A program made the translations under genes and the position numbers. The notes beneath the pieces were generated by a model. That model was not told the origin of the DNA and searched no databases. It saw nothing but the letters and a program-made list of their open reading frames with translations. A stretch of DNA of 62,993 bases, counting the filler, from Octopus bimaculoides (taxonomy: Eukaryota): assembly GCF_001194135.2 (NCBI RefSeq). It is 7 parts of 6 records of this genome, joined end to end, with 100 filler letters (N's around TTAATTAATTAA, not from the genome) between each part and the next. Parts side by side here need not be neighbours in the genome. Positions count along the whole stretch, not along the records: positions 58,183 to 62,993 come from NC_069005.1; 6 more parts are not named here. One strand, written 5' to 3'. Below are positions 62,953-62,993 of the stretch, piece after piece (position 1 is the first letter of the stretch; every line of letters starts with the position of its first letter).

Positions 62953-62993
<41 letters not shown>

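Noticed and set aside
225-62993. Numerous long ORFs in the supplied track (YI, CV, HT, ER, LS repeats, X runs)
   Set aside because: They are translations of microsatellites and N gaps.

Overview
This is repeat-saturated, AT-rich eukaryotic (animal) DNA from a gapped short-read assembly, with about 8 kb of Ns that are mostly bordered by microsatellites. The SINE families and LINE 3' ends match what I recall of octopus repeats, so Octopus is my inferred, unverified source. No intact cellular gene, tRNA or rRNA gene, or CRISPR array can be supported. Almost all long ORFs in the supplied track are microsatellite or N read-through. The recognisable content is decayed mobile DNA: (1) at least three tRNA-headed SINE families, several with clear TSDs; (2) RTE LINE fragments and 3' UTRs; (3) two groups of restriction-like-endonuclease (R4/Dong-type) non-LTR fragments sitting in (CATA)n or (TAA)n tracts; (4) a Ty3/Gypsy element that keeps gag and integrase but has lost protease and RT/RNase H; (5) mariner, maT, pogo and piggyBac-type DNA transposon relics, including a mariner built from two left ends; (6) a Helitron-like end whose hairpin recurs in a 73-bp tandem repeat. 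The most notable signal is a set of dispersed minimal hammerhead-ribozyme-like motifs, each with a different self-complementary helix III, as is known for Penelope-like elements. Two unexplained degenerate repeat arrays (about 153-bp and 519-bp period), a composite templated duplication and a few weak candidate exons also merit checks. I found no convincing wholly new system.
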